DNA of 64,000 nucleotides from contig NZ_CP186926.1 in the NCBI RefSeq assembly GCF_049554935.1, positions 160,001 to 224,000 on the forward strand. Direction: 5' to 3'. The notes below the pieces were generated by a model that made no database searches, was not told the DNA's origin, and saw only the letters and a program-made list of their open reading frames with translations. Origin of the DNA: Methanocaldococcus indicus. GTDB lineage: Archaea; AGJL01; Methanococci; Methanococcales; Methanocaldococcaceae. The translations under genes were made by a program, and so were the position numbers. Positions 30,854 through 40,788 of this stretch are shown piece after piece (within the stretch, counting starts at the first letter, position 1; each line of letters begins with the position of its first letter).

Positions 30854-31796
30854 AATAGAACATCTTTAAGTATTCTAATAAATCATTAACATCGTCCATT
30901 TTCTCTAACTCTTTAGTAGATATAACAGGAATATTTTTATATTCTTTTTCTTTCTTTTTTAATATTAAAACTGAAAACCCATTAATTAATTTTGATAGTT
31001 CTTTTACAATTAGAGCTCTCTGTTCTACATCTTCATTTGCTCTCTCTTCAATATTTGTCAGTAAGATTATGTTTTTTTTCTTCTCTTTTCCCTCTTCTAA
31101 AGCATCAAATGGAGCCTTTTCAAAAACAAAAGATTTAAATCCTAAACTATTAAAAATATTTATAATTTCCTGTTTGTAGTCATCCAATGGCTTATCTTCT
31201 TCTATATTTTTGTCATTTTCATCTTCAATTGGCTCAAATAAATCAATACCTCTAACTAATGGAGCATCTAAACATTCCTCTATTTTCATTGCTACTTCAA
31301 CTGATGGGTTTGCTGAGTATGTCTCATACTTATATATTGCTTTTCTTGAAACTCCTACCATCTCAGCCAATTTTCCAGCAGATATTCCTCTCTCTTCTCT
31401 AACTCTTTTTAAGGTTTCTCCATCTATCTTTACAAAACATCCTCCTCTATATGCATAAATAATGGGTGGGCTACCTTCTAAAAAATCTTTTAATGTCTCC
31501 AAAGTAACTGATTTTATGTTGTATCTATCATAGACAATACCTCTCTCCATAGGAGCATTTCTTGTCCTTACACCAATAATCAAAGGAACAGCAGATAAAA
31601 CCCTACAAATCTTTTTTAATTCAATTGATTGTTCTCTACTAATACTATCAATGTTTTTTAAAATTTTTAATATTAGTTTTACATCATCTCTACATGCTAA
31701 AATATCAAAACAACTTCTTCCAAGTGGCTTAGATACTATAAAGTTGTGTGTTTTTAATAAATTAATACATTCAGATATTATAATCTCTCTCATCAT
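30843..31796 (-). CDS. Archaeal Cro/C1-type HTH transcriptional regulator (COG1395-like)
   Basis: SCFDILA, KILKNIDS, GISAGKLAEMVGVSRKAIYKYE, KAPFDA. Confidence 0.82.
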   Translation of the reverse strand: MMREIIISECINLLKTHNFIVSKPLGRSCFDILACRDDVKLILKILKNIDSISREQSIELKKICRVLSAVPLIIGVRTRNAPMERGIVYDRYNIKSVTLETLKDFLEGSPPIIYAYRGGCFVKIDGETLKRVREERGISAGKLAEMVGVSRKAIYKYETYSANPSVEVAMKIEECLDAPLVRGIDLFEPIEDENDKNIEEDKPLDDYKQEIINIFNSLGFKSFVFEKAPFDALEEGKEKKKNIILLTNIEERANEDVEQRALIVKELSKLINGFSVLILKKKEKEYKNIPVISTKELEKMDDVNDLLEYLKMFYFKT

Positions 31797-31945
31797 ACCA
31801 CCTCTAAACTCATCTTCTATATAATAATTTCTATTAAAGTTTATAAATTTAATGCATATATATCAAAAATTTTAAAGTATAAAATTTAGATTGCACCAAT
31901 AATATTAATTAAATTATTTATTTATTAATTTAAATTAACAAAATA

Positions 31946-31960
31946 GAAAAGTATATATAG
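31946..31960 (+). promoter_or_regulatory. BRE/TATA promoter for the small heat shock gene
   Basis: GAAAAG-TATATATAG about 50 nt upstream of the start. Confidence 0.5.
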
Positions 31961-32008
31961 AACTTCTAAGACATAAAATTAGTAAGAAGAAAAAAAAGGT
32001 GATAATTG

Positions 32009-32452
32009 ATGTTTGGAAGAGACCCATTTGACTCATTATTTGAAAGAATGTTTAGAGAAATGTTTTCAATGCCTATAGGAGGTAGTTCTATTATTCAAAC
32101 TTCTTATGGTATCCAAATTTCTGGACAAGGATTTATGCCATTAGCAATAATAGAAGGAGACAACCATATAAAAGTAGTTGCATGGCTTCCAGGAGTTGCT
32201 AAGGAGGATATAGTAGTAAATGCTGTTGGGGATACATTAGAGATAAGAGCTAAAAGAAGTCCATTAATGGTTACTGAAAGTGAAAGAGTTATATACTCTG
32301 AAATTCCAGAAGATGAAGAAGTTGTTAGAAATATAAAATTACCATGTGTTGTCAAAGAAGAAGATGCTTCTGCTAAGTATGAAAATGGAGTATTATACAT
32401 AACATTACCAAAAGCAGAATCCTCAAAGAAAAGAGGTATTAATATTGAATAA
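32009..32452 (+). CDS. Small heat shock protein (Hsp20/alpha-crystallin, Hsp16.5-like)
   Basis: [35 protein letters not shown]. Confidence 0.93.
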   Translation: MFGRDPFDSLFERMFREMFSMPIGGSSIIQTSYGIQISGQGFMPLAIIEGDNHIKVVAWLPGVAKEDIVVNAVGDTLEIRAKRSPLMVTESERVIYSEIPEDEEVVRNIKLPCVVKEEDASAKYENGVLYITLPKAESSKKRGINIE

Positions 32453-32622
32453 AAATTTTTATATATAATCTTTTTATAAACTCTATTTTTTAATTTAATA
32501 ATCTTTGGATGTATATAATAAACTTTTTTATACTAAATAAATAACAATATACTATTATTAGGAATAATTTTTCAATATTTCTCAATAATAATATAAAACC
32601 AAACCTTTAAAGATGATTTGCT

Positions 32623-32910
32623 ATGAAATGTCCATATTGTGGTAGTGAGGAATGTATTAATAAAAGTGCTTTAAACATTTATTTAAAAGCAGTTGAAACT
32701 TTTCTTAAAAAGTATATCAACATTAAATTTAAGTATCCAGCAGTTGGAGAAGTAGGAATATGCAAAAAAACAGGAGGAAGAATATATTTATGCCCATACT
32801 GTAAAGTTCCATTTAAAGCTCCATTTCTAAATAAAGGAGAAGGACATTTTAATTGTCCTAATTGCAATAAAACTTTAAATGTTCCAGCATCTAATAAATT
32901 AGTTTGTTAA
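32623..32910 (+). CDS. Cys-rich putative metal-binding protein
   Basis: CPYC, CPYC and CPNC motifs plus three further Cys in 95 aa. Confidence 0.65.
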   Translation: MKCPYCGSEECINKSALNIYLKAVETFLKKYINIKFKYPAVGEVGICKKTGGRIYLCPYCKVPFKAPFLNKGEGHFNCPNCNKTLNVPASNKLVC

Positions 32911-33839
32911 AAATCTTTTTCAGTTATTTCATCTAAAATATACTTCTCTAAATTATTATTTAGATACATTAAAAACTCTTTTGGAGTGTAAATAGGTTTA
33001 TTGTATCTTATATAATCATCTAATACTATCCTTGGGCAACCAACAACTATATAGCAATCAACATCATAATATAACAACTCAGGAGTTAAAGTATCTACAA
33101 TCATTTTTATATATCCAATTTTATTCTTTTTTAGCTCATTAATAATACTATTAAAAACTTTTATTCTTCTTTGTCCAACTTTGTCAATTAAAATAACTCC
33201 AACCTTTTTAGGTTTGTTAAAGAATAGCTTTGATATTGCTGTTAATCTTCTTTTTATAAATTTGTAGGACTCCTCTTTTCCTATTTTATCAAATTTTTTA
33301 ATCTCTGGATTGTAAATAGTAATGTCTTTCTTATATTTATATGACAATATCAATGGATGAAATCTACCATTTCCTACAAATAAAATCTCTTCTCTATCTT
33401 CTAAATTAGCTCTACAACCTAAAATAATTTTTGGATTAAATGTCTCTAAAAGCTTCTTATATTGTATTGTTGTGGCTATTTCTACATCTTTATCTTTTGT
33501 ATATTCTTCAATATCTTTTATTATCCTCTTTTTCTCTTCCTCATTAAATTTTCTAAAAGCTGGAATAAAAAGAACATTTTTATATTTTATATAACTTAAT
33601 GGCTCATGTCCATAATGAACTAATAAGTCGTAATCTATCTTTGGAATATCACAAGCTCCAAAACATGAACCTATATATAAAAAAATATCCACATTTAACA
33701 GCTTTTTAATTTTTTCAATTTCATTGACAACTAAATTTTTTATTCCTTCAGGAGCTTGAACTACAATTTTAGGATTTTCTTTTATTTTTAAAACTTCCTT
33801 TATTTTATTTATAACTTTTTCTGTCTCTAAATCATACAT
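32907..33839 (-). CDS. dph2: 2-(3-amino-3-carboxypropyl)histidine synthase (diphthamide)
   Basis: QAPEG, SCFGACD, HYGH, ILGC, G.FH, GCPR (three Fe-S cysteines). Confidence 0.9.
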   Translation of the reverse strand: MYDLETEKVINKIKEVLKIKENPKIVVQAPEGIKNLVVNEIEKIKKLLNVDIFLYIGSCFGACDIPKIDYDLLVHYGHEPLSYIKYKNVLFIPAFRKFNEEEKKRIIKDIEEYTKDKDVEIATTIQYKKLLETFNPKIILGCRANLEDREEILFVGNGRFHPLILSYKYKKDITIYNPEIKKFDKIGKEESYKFIKRRLTAISKLFFNKPKKVGVILIDKVGQRRIKVFNSIINELKKNKIGYIKMIVDTLTPELLYYDVDCYIVVGCPRIVLDDYIRYNKPIYTPKEFLMYLNNNLEKYILDEITEKDF

Positions 33840-34519
33840 TTTTCCACAAACTCTCTTAAATCTTTTAAATTACCAAAATCTAACAAACCAACATCTGTTA
33901 TTGCAACAACATTAGAATTTAGATAATCTTCTCTTATAATTTTAGAAGATGGATAGTTGGATATCAAATCATTTCCTGGAGAAAATCTATTAAATGCTGG
34001 AAGAACTATATAATTATTATTTATTAAATATATAGGAAACTTAATTATACTTCCTAACTCATCTCTTAATCTTATTGAAGGATGCTCATGAGACAATATT
34101 AAAAAATCTTCTTTATCCATATATTTATGTCCATGTGTAATAACAAAATCATCTAATTTATAATGCTCCTCTAAATCAAAAGGACATAGAGTATCATGAT
34201 TACCTCTAATTAGTATAAGTTCAACCTCACTCTTTAACTCCTTTATAAATTCATCTAATAACTTTATCTCCTTTGGATAGGGCTTAAAGTTGTGTTTTAT
34301 ATCTCCATTTATTATAAGTTTTTTTAATTTGAACTTATGAATTGTCTCTTTTATATCATTTAATACTCTCTCCATATGAACCATAGGGAACATTGCCCCA
34401 GATTCACAAAAATGCACATCAAATCCAATATGCAAATCACCAATAATGCCAACTTTTTTGTATATTAGGCATCTGGCATTTGTTAGTTTAAATTTACCAA
34501 ACTTCATGTAGTCTTTCAT
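33827..34519 (-). CDS. Calcineurin-like metallophosphoesterase (COG1407 type)
   Basis: GDLHIG, NGDIKH, RGNHD, THGH, HEHP, LPAF. Confidence 0.85.
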   Translation of the reverse strand: MKDYMKFGKFKLTNARCLIYKKVGIIGDLHIGFDVHFCESGAMFPMVHMERVLNDIKETIHKFKLKKLIINGDIKHNFKPYPKEIKLLDEFIKELKSEVELILIRGNHDTLCPFDLEEHYKLDDFVITHGHKYMDKEDFLILSHEHPSIRLRDELGSIIKFPIYLINNNYIVLPAFNRFSPGNDLISNYPSSKIIREDYLNSNVVAITDVGLLDFGNLKDLREFVEKCMI

Positions 34520-34523
34520 AAAT

Positions 34524-35321
34524 CTATAATCTATCTCTATAGTATAAAGCTATTCCTCTAATGTAAAATACTGATAAATAAAAACTTACAAACATCTGTA
34601 TTCCATACAACAATGAATCCACTACTATACTGATTAGTTGATATTTCATTAATAAGAAAGAAACTATAATTCTTGGAAATGAAAATATTGAGCTAATAAC
34701 TACTCCTATAATTCCTAATAAGATAACCAATACAACATATTTTAATGACATCATTGAAAAAATTCTCTTAAAATCAAAAAATCCAAAGAAACCATTTAGG
34801 GAGTAATTAACATCAGCTAAGGATTTATAAAATCCATATATAACTATTAAAATAAAAAATAAGACAAATCCTAAAATTAAAAATATGACTCCTATTGGGG
34901 CTGCTATAAAAAATGTTAATATACCTACACCAAAAATAACTGCTGGAATAAATATAAATACAATAAATAATAATATTGAACCAACAAAGTATAATAAACC
35001 TTTTTTAAACATATCAAAGATATTGTTCCATTTTGGTGCTAAGCCATCTCCTTCTACAGTAGTTTTCATAACTCTAACTAAATACCCTTGAATAATAAAG
35101 CTCACTATAAAAAATGCAACTACAACAATAGCAGTTATTATAAGTATAATAGACATAGATAAATTGAATTCATAATTATTAGCTAATTTTTCTAAAAATA
35201 AACCACTACCTCCTGACAACATTCCTAAGAAAAAATATAGTATTGCTCCTGGAAGAAGTTCTTTAAAGTTTAAAGTTATGTAATAATAGCTATCTTTTAT
35301 ATAATCTTCAATGCTTCTCAT
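34524..35321 (-). CDS. DUF4013-like membrane protein
   Basis: IQGYLVRVMK...PKW...MFKKG; multiple transmembrane helices. Confidence 0.7.
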   Translation of the reverse strand: MRSIEDYIKDSYYYITLNFKELLPGAILYFFLGMLSGGSGLFLEKLANNYEFNLSMSIILIITAIVVVAFFIVSFIIQGYLVRVMKTTVEGDGLAPKWNNIFDMFKKGLLYFVGSILLFIVFIFIPAVIFGVGILTFFIAAPIGVIFLILGFVLFFILIVIYGFYKSLADVNYSLNGFFGFFDFKRIFSMMSLKYVVLVILLGIIGVVISSIFSFPRIIVSFLLMKYQLISIVVDSLLYGIQMFVSFYLSVFYIRGIALYYRDRL

Positions 35322-35396
35322 AATCTACCACAAATAATATTTTATTTATAATTTTATTTGTATATGGAAATATAAATAATTTATTGAAAAAATTTT

Positions 35397-36452
35397 TTAA
35401 ATAAATCCAAATATATAACCTGCTAAGGTAGAAAATAAAATGACAAGAGCAAAATAAACAGCAGATTTTTTCTTACCTATTATTTTTAATATAGCTAAAA
35501 ATGTTGCAAAACTTACACTTGGTCCAGCTAACAATAGTGCCATTGCAGGACCTTTGTTCATACCTAAATCCAATAATGCTTTAACTATTGGTACTTCTGT
35601 TAATGTAGCAAAATACATTGTTGCACCTAAAACTGAGGTTATTAAATTACTTACTATTGTGTTTTTTCCTAAATATTCAACAATAATATCTTGGGGAATT
35701 ATAGCTTTTAAAACTCCTGCAATTGCAACTCCTAAAATTAATAATGGGAATATTGTTCTAATCAATATATAACTTTCATATAACCAGCTCTTTATTTGTT
35801 TATCTGTAAAGTATTTTTTTAAAATAATAATTAGAATTATCAACAGTAATAAATATATCAAATGCTTAACTAAGAAAATTCCAAATATTGGAATTGACAA
35901 TAAAGGAAATACTTTTGGTGAAGCAGTTATAACAATTAACATTAAGAAAAGAATGCCAAAAAATATCAATATACTATTTAAATTTTCTATTTTTCCTTCT
36001 CTAACTCTTAGTTTTTTCTTACTCTTACCAAATATCATGTCCATTATTATTCCTATAACTATTCCAAGTATTATAGCTGCAACTAATCTATAAATTCCAA
36101 AATCCCAACCTAATAAAGCAGCTGAGTAAAATATTGCCAAAATATTTATGGCTGGTCCAGAATAAAGAAAAGTTATTGCTACTCCTAAATTAGCCCCTCT
36201 TTTGTATAAAGATGCAAATAATGGAATTATTGTGCATGAACAAACTGTTAAAATAGCTCCACTAACAGATGCTATTAAGTAGGAGTAGATATCCCCTCTA
36301 CCAAAATATTTTATAATATAATTTTTATCTATCATTGTAGTTATTCCTCCTGCTATTAGAAAAGCTGTTATTAATGCCAAAACTCTGTTAAAACTTAGAT
36401 AATCAATAGCTGTCTGTATCATAACTTTTAAAATATATATTAAAAAGTCCAT
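35397..36452 (-). CDS. ArsP/DUF318 family permease
   Basis: VCSCTIIPLF, FLYSGPAIN, MYFATLTEVP, LLAGP. Confidence 0.85.
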   Translation of the reverse strand: MDFLIYILKVMIQTAIDYLSFNRVLALITAFLIAGGITTMIDKNYIIKYFGRGDIYSYLIASVSGAILTVCSCTIIPLFASLYKRGANLGVAITFLYSGPAINILAIFYSAALLGWDFGIYRLVAAIILGIVIGIIMDMIFGKSKKKLRVREGKIENLNSILIFFGILFLMLIVITASPKVFPLLSIPIFGIFLVKHLIYLLLLIILIIILKKYFTDKQIKSWLYESYILIRTIFPLLILGVAIAGVLKAIIPQDIIVEYLGKNTIVSNLITSVLGATMYFATLTEVPIVKALLDLGMNKGPAMALLLAGPSVSFATFLAILKIIGKKKSAVYFALVILFSTLAGYIFGFI

Positions 36453-36458
36453 ATATTG

Positions 36459-36614
36459 TCACCTAAATCTTTTTTTATTTATGTTGTAAGTCATTTTTTC
36501 CCCACATTTTGGACATTTTGGTAGTTCTATTTGAGATGCTAAACATGGACACACATCCACCTTATATCTCATTTTATACATGCATTTTGGACATATCAAA
36601 TTCCAAATAATCAT
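36459..36614 (-). CDS. 51-aa Cys-rich zinc-ribbon protein (missed by ORF track)
   Basis: Hand translation MIIWNLICPKCMYKMRYKVDVCPCLASQIELPKCPKCGEKMTYNINKKRFR; its stop overlaps the permease SD. Confidence 0.75.
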   Translation of the reverse strand: MIIWNLICPKCMYKMRYKVDVCPCLASQIELPKCPKCGEKMTYNINKKRFR

Positions 36615-36666
36615 ATTATCACATATTTAATATAATTAATTTATATATGTAAAAAAATTTATTAAA

Positions 36667-37038
36667 TTATTCCTTACATGAGCAAACAAAACCTTCAACT
36701 TCTTTAACTATCTTGTGAGTTCCTAAAATTATTGGAATCTCTAATTCTTTCATCATTTCTTTTGCTATTTCTTCAAATTTTAAATATGGACAGTTAAATG
36801 AACATGAGGCAATATGAATAGCTTCAGCCCCAACAACATCCTTTAACACATTTAATCTTGTCTTAAATCTGACTCCTGGGCATCCTCCACAGTTTGTAAA
36901 AGCAATTAACTTAACATCTTTATATCTTTCAAAAGCTCCCTTTTTCTCATTAACATTTTTAAAACAACTAACACATGCCTCTTTTCCTCCACAACCCATT
37001 TCCATCATTTTCTTACATCCAATTATTGCAACTTTCAT
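36667..37038 (-). CDS. CGGC domain protein
   Basis: IIGC, CVSC, NCGGCPG, IHIASC...CP, LGTH. Confidence 0.85.
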   Translation of the reverse strand: MKVAIIGCKKMMEMGCGGKEACVSCFKNVNEKKGAFERYKDVKLIAFTNCGGCPGVRFKTRLNVLKDVVGAEAIHIASCSFNCPYLKFEEIAKEMMKELEIPIILGTHKIVKEVEGFVCSCKE

Positions 37039-37289
37039 TGCTCTCCCTCCAAATATTTTTTAAGTTCTTCTTTTATTTCTTCAACTGTTGGCACTTTTCC
37101 TTCAAATACTACATAATCATCAAAAGCTACTCCTGGAGCTACAAATATCCACTCAGATATTTCATTTATATCAGTTACTTTTTTTATTTCTACCTTATCT
37201 TTTAAATTTAGTTCTTCGACAGCTTTAACAACATTTTCATAAGTTTGATTACATTTAGGACATCCTGTTCCAAATACTCTTATTATCAT
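37035..37289 (-). CDS. Small redox-active disulfide protein (MTH895/ArsE thioredoxin-like)
   Basis: GTGCPKC, PGVAFD, GKVP; 4-nt overlap with the CGGC gene. Confidence 0.88.
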   Translation of the reverse strand: MIIRVFGTGCPKCNQTYENVVKAVEELNLKDKVEIKKVTDINEISEWIFVAPGVAFDDYVVFEGKVPTVEEIKEELKKYLEGEQ

Positions 37290-37445
37290 CAATATCTCCC
37301 TTGATATCTAAATTTATTATTACTGTCTAAAATTTATTGTCTAAATATAATATTTATAAGTTTCTATTATTGAATTATTGGATTATAAACATATTTTTAA
37401 AATATATTTAAATATTTAAAACTAATGTTAATAAGAACTACATAT

Positions 37446-37500
37446 CAACCAAATATATATATTTTGTGCTTTGATTTTTATGTGTAACTTTAATATATAT
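37446..37500 (+). promoter_or_regulatory. TATA-like boxes upstream of the mcr operon
   Basis: ACCAAATATATATAT (about 37448) and TTTAATATATAT (about 37489) ahead of mcrB. Confidence 0.4.
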
Positions 37501-37552
37501 GCGGGTTAAGTTAATTTATTTGTAAAGTAAAAAATTTTGAGGTGTAGGAATT

Positions 37553-38884
37553 ATGAAATATAAAGATACAATTGACTTGTATGATGCAAAAGGTAATTTA
37601 GTAGAGGAAAAAGTCCCATTAGAAGCTATAAGTCCATTGTATAACCCAACTATACAAAAATTAGTAAAAGATGTTAAAAGAACAGTTGCAGTTAATTTAG
37701 CAGGAATAGAAAATGCTTTAAGAACTGGTCAAGTAGGGGGTAAAGGAAACAGAATAATGGGTAGAGAGTTGGATTTACCAATAGTTGAAAATGCTGAAAC
37801 AATTGCTGAATATGTTGAAAAAGTTATTAGAGTTTCTGAAGATGATGATACAAATGTTAAATTAATTAATGATGGAAAACAGATGGTCGTACAAATGCCA
37901 TCTAAAAGATTAGAAATTGCAGCTGAATATTCAGTCTCTACATTGGTAACTGCTCAAGCATTAAAGGAAGCAATAATAAGAACATTTGATGTTGATTTAT
38001 TTGATGCTCCAATGGTTCATGCTGCTATCTTAGGAGGATATCCTCAGGAAGTTACAATGAAAGGAGCTAATATTGCAGGATTATTAGGAAATCCATTAAC
38101 CTTAGAATGTCCTGGTTATGCATTAAGAAATATTATGGTTAATCACTTTGTTGCTTGTACTAAAAAGAATACAATGAATGCTGTTGCATTTGCTTCAATT
38201 ATGGAACAAACTGCAATGTTTGAAATGGGAGATGCTGTTGGAGCATTTGAAAGATTACATTTATTAGGTTTAGCATACCAAGGATTAAATGCTGATAACT
38301 TAGTTATTGACTTAGTTAAAGAAAATGGTAAAACAGGAACTGTTGGAACTGTCATAACATCATTATTAAATAGAGCACTAGAAGATGGAATAATAAAAGA
38401 AGATAAAACATTAGAGTCAGGATTTAAATTATATAAACCAGTAGATGTAGCTAAATGGAACGCTTATGCAGCTGCTGGATTAGTTGCAGCTGTTATTGTC
38501 AATGTTGGTGCTGCAAGAGCAGCTCAAGGTGTAGCATCAACAATCTTATACTACAACGATATCTTAGAATATGAAACTGGGCTACCTGGAGTAGATTTCG
38601 GAAGATGTGAAGGTACAGCAGTTGGATTCTCATTCTTCTCCCACTCTATCTATGGAGGAGGAGGTCCAGGAATATTCAACGGAAACCACATCGTTACAAG
38701 ACACTCTAAAGGATTCGCTATTCCACCAGTTGCTGCTGCAATGTGTTTAGATGCAGGAACACAAATGTTCTCACCTGAAAGAACATCAGCATTAATTGGA
38801 GCAGTATTTAGTGCAATTGATGAATTTAGAGAACCACTAAAATATGTTATAGAAGGAGCTTTAGAAGTTAAAGATAAAATCTAA
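37553..38884 (+). CDS. mcrB: Methyl-coenzyme M reductase beta subunit
   Basis: [42 protein letters not shown]. Confidence 0.98.
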   Translation: MKYKDTIDLYDAKGNLVEEKVPLEAISPLYNPTIQKLVKDVKRTVAVNLAGIENALRTGQVGGKGNRIMGRELDLPIVENAETIAEYVEKVIRVSEDDDTNVKLINDGKQMVVQMPSKRLEIAAEYSVSTLVTAQALKEAIIRTFDVDLFDAPMVHAAILGGYPQEVTMKGANIAGLLGNPLTLECPGYALRNIMVNHFVACTKKNTMNAVAFASIMEQTAMFEMGDAVGAFERLHLLGLAYQGLNADNLVIDLVKENGKTGTVGTVITSLLNRALEDGIIKEDKTLESGFKLYKPVDVAKWNAYAAAGLVAAVIVNVGAARAAQGVASTILYYNDILEYETGLPGVDFGRCEGTAVGFSFFSHSIYGGGGPGIFNGNHIVTRHSKGFAIPPVAAAMCLDAGTQMFSPERTSALIGAVFSAIDEFREPLKYVIEGALEVKDKI

Positions 38885-38898
38885 AATAGCTGATTTAT

Positions 38899-39393
38899 AT
38901 GATTGAGATTGAAATCTTCCCTCACAGATATCTAAAAGCTTCAACAACTGAAAAATTCTTAAATAAACTTTATGATTTAGAAAGTGTTGAAAGAGTTGTT
39001 ATTCATGGGCAATCCTTGCCCAAAACTGTTCCTTTTGGGCCAGCAAAAGGTTTGCCAGTTAATCATTCAGAAAGAAAAATTATAAATGTAAAAGGAGTCC
39101 CAATAGAGCTTACAGTTATGGCTGGAAGGTTTATAGTAACTTTAAAAGATGATAGTGAGATAGACAAAATTCATGAAATTTGTAAAGAGTTATTTCCATT
39201 TGGTTATAATCTAAAAGTTGGCAAATTCTTAAAAGATAAACCTACTGTTACAGATTATCTAAAATATGGTGAAGAAGGAGTACATTTAATAAATGAAATG
39301 GACAAGAGATTAATTGGATTAATTGACCCAAGAAGTAGGTTAAAAACCAATGTTGCAATTATAGAAAAAGATGATTCTGATGCCAGTAGGTAG
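38899..39393 (+). CDS. mcrD: MCR operon protein D
   Basis: IFPHR.L, GPAKG, GKFL...PTVTDY; operon position. Confidence 0.95.
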   Translation: MIEIEIFPHRYLKASTTEKFLNKLYDLESVERVVIHGQSLPKTVPFGPAKGLPVNHSERKIINVKGVPIELTVMAGRFIVTLKDDSEIDKIHEICKELFPFGYNLKVGKFLKDKPTVTDYLKYGEEGVHLINEMDKRLIGLIDPRSRLKTNVAIIEKDDSDASR

Positions 39394-39976
39394 ATTTGAG
39401 CAGATTATTGATTGCAGAGCTGTAATGGGATTGGGTGAAGGTGGAGGTTTAGCCCAAAGAGGGACTTTAGCAGAAGCTTTAAAAAATGATGTTATTGTTG
39501 TAGCGATGTCTCCTGGGAGGAGACATATAACTAAGCCTGTATGTGAAATAACATATGGAATAAGAGAAGCTGGAATAAATACAAGTGTTCTCGTCTTAAA
39601 TGCTGGCTCTGGAATACCAAGTGATACTCCAAGAGGTTCTTTAGGTTCAACTTTTGGTTTAAAACCTGAAGAAGTTGAGCAAATAAATAGACATAAGCTT
39701 TGTATAGTTCATTTTGGCAATGTTATAAGCCATATTGTATATAAAGCTGGTTTGTTTATGAAATATGTTGAAATTCCCACAATAATTGTTTGCCAAGCCC
39801 CTGTAGATTTCGAAGATTTGGCTAAATATGGTATAAAGACAAGAGAGGTTATGCCCCTTCATCCAAAATCAAAAGGAGTTGTTGTTGATATAGTTACAGG
39901 AGTTATTAGAGGGGAATCAGTTCCTCAAACTAAAATAGATGAAATCATTAAAAAGATAAAGAAATATCTGAGGTGA
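39380..39976 (+). CDS. mcrC: MCR operon protein C
   Basis: [34 protein letters not shown]. Confidence 0.96.
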   Translation: MPVGRFEQIIDCRAVMGLGEGGGLAQRGTLAEALKNDVIVVAMSPGRRHITKPVCEITYGIREAGINTSVLVLNAGSGIPSDTPRGSLGSTFGLKPEEVEQINRHKLCIVHFGNVISHIVYKAGLFMKYVEIPTIIVCQAPVDFEDLAKYGIKTREVMPLHPKSKGVVVDIVTGVIRGESVPQTKIDEIIKKIKKYLR

Positions 39977-39981
39977 TAAAA

Positions 39982-40764
39982 ATGGCATATGAACCACAAT
40001 ACTATCCAGGAAGTACAAAAATTGCTCAAAATAGAAGAAACCACATGAATCCAAATGTTGAGTTAGAGAAATTAAGAGATATCCCAGATGATGATATTGT
40101 AAGAGTAATGGGTCATAGACAACCAGGGGAAGATTATAAAACAGTTCATCCTCCATTAGAAGAGATGGACTTACCAGAAGATTACGTTAGAGATTTAGTT
40201 GAACCAATACAAGGGGCAAAAGAAGGGCATAGAATTAGATATATTCAATTTGCTGACTCTATGTATAATGCTCCTGCTCAACCTTATGATAGAGCAAGAA
40301 CATACATGTGGAGATTTAGAGGAGTAGATACAGGAACTCTATCAGGAAGACAAGTTATTGAAATGAGAGAAAGTGACTTAGAGAAGATATCTAAAAACTT
40401 CTTAATTGATACTGCTTTCTATGACCCTGCAAGATGTGGTATTAGAGGAGCTACTGTCCATGGACACTCTTTAAGATTAGATGAAAATGGTTTAATGTTT
40501 GATGCTCTACAAAGATATGTCTATGATGAAAAGACAGGACACGTTGTCTATGTTAAAGACCAAGTTGGAAGACCATTAGATGAGCCAGTTGATATGGGAG
40601 AACCTCTTCCAGAAGAAAAATTAGTTGAAATAACAACAATATATAGAAAAGATAACATTGGTTTAAGACAAGATGAAGAGCTTATAACAGTCATAAAAAG
40701 AATCCATAGAGCAAGAACCTTAGGAGGGTTCATACCACAAGAAGATATCTTTGAAAAATTATAA
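39982..40764 (+). CDS. mcrG: Methyl-coenzyme M reductase gamma subunit
   Basis: HPPLEEM, RYIQFADS, DTGTLSGRQ, RGATVHGHSLRL. Confidence 0.98.
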   Translation: MAYEPQYYPGSTKIAQNRRNHMNPNVELEKLRDIPDDDIVRVMGHRQPGEDYKTVHPPLEEMDLPEDYVRDLVEPIQGAKEGHRIRYIQFADSMYNAPAQPYDRARTYMWRFRGVDTGTLSGRQVIEMRESDLEKISKNFLIDTAFYDPARCGIRGATVHGHSLRLDENGLMFDALQRYVYDEKTGHVVYVKDQVGRPLDEPVDMGEPLPEEKLVEITTIYRKDNIGLRQDEELITVIKRIHRARTLGGFIPQEDIFEKL

Positions 40765-40788
40765 ATAAAATTTTTTGAGGTGATAAAG

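Noticed and set aside
35397-37289. Selenocysteine read-through in the Cys-rich operon
   Set aside because: The TGA stops fall at natural protein ends, overlapping the next start codon or SD; redox motifs all use Cys codons
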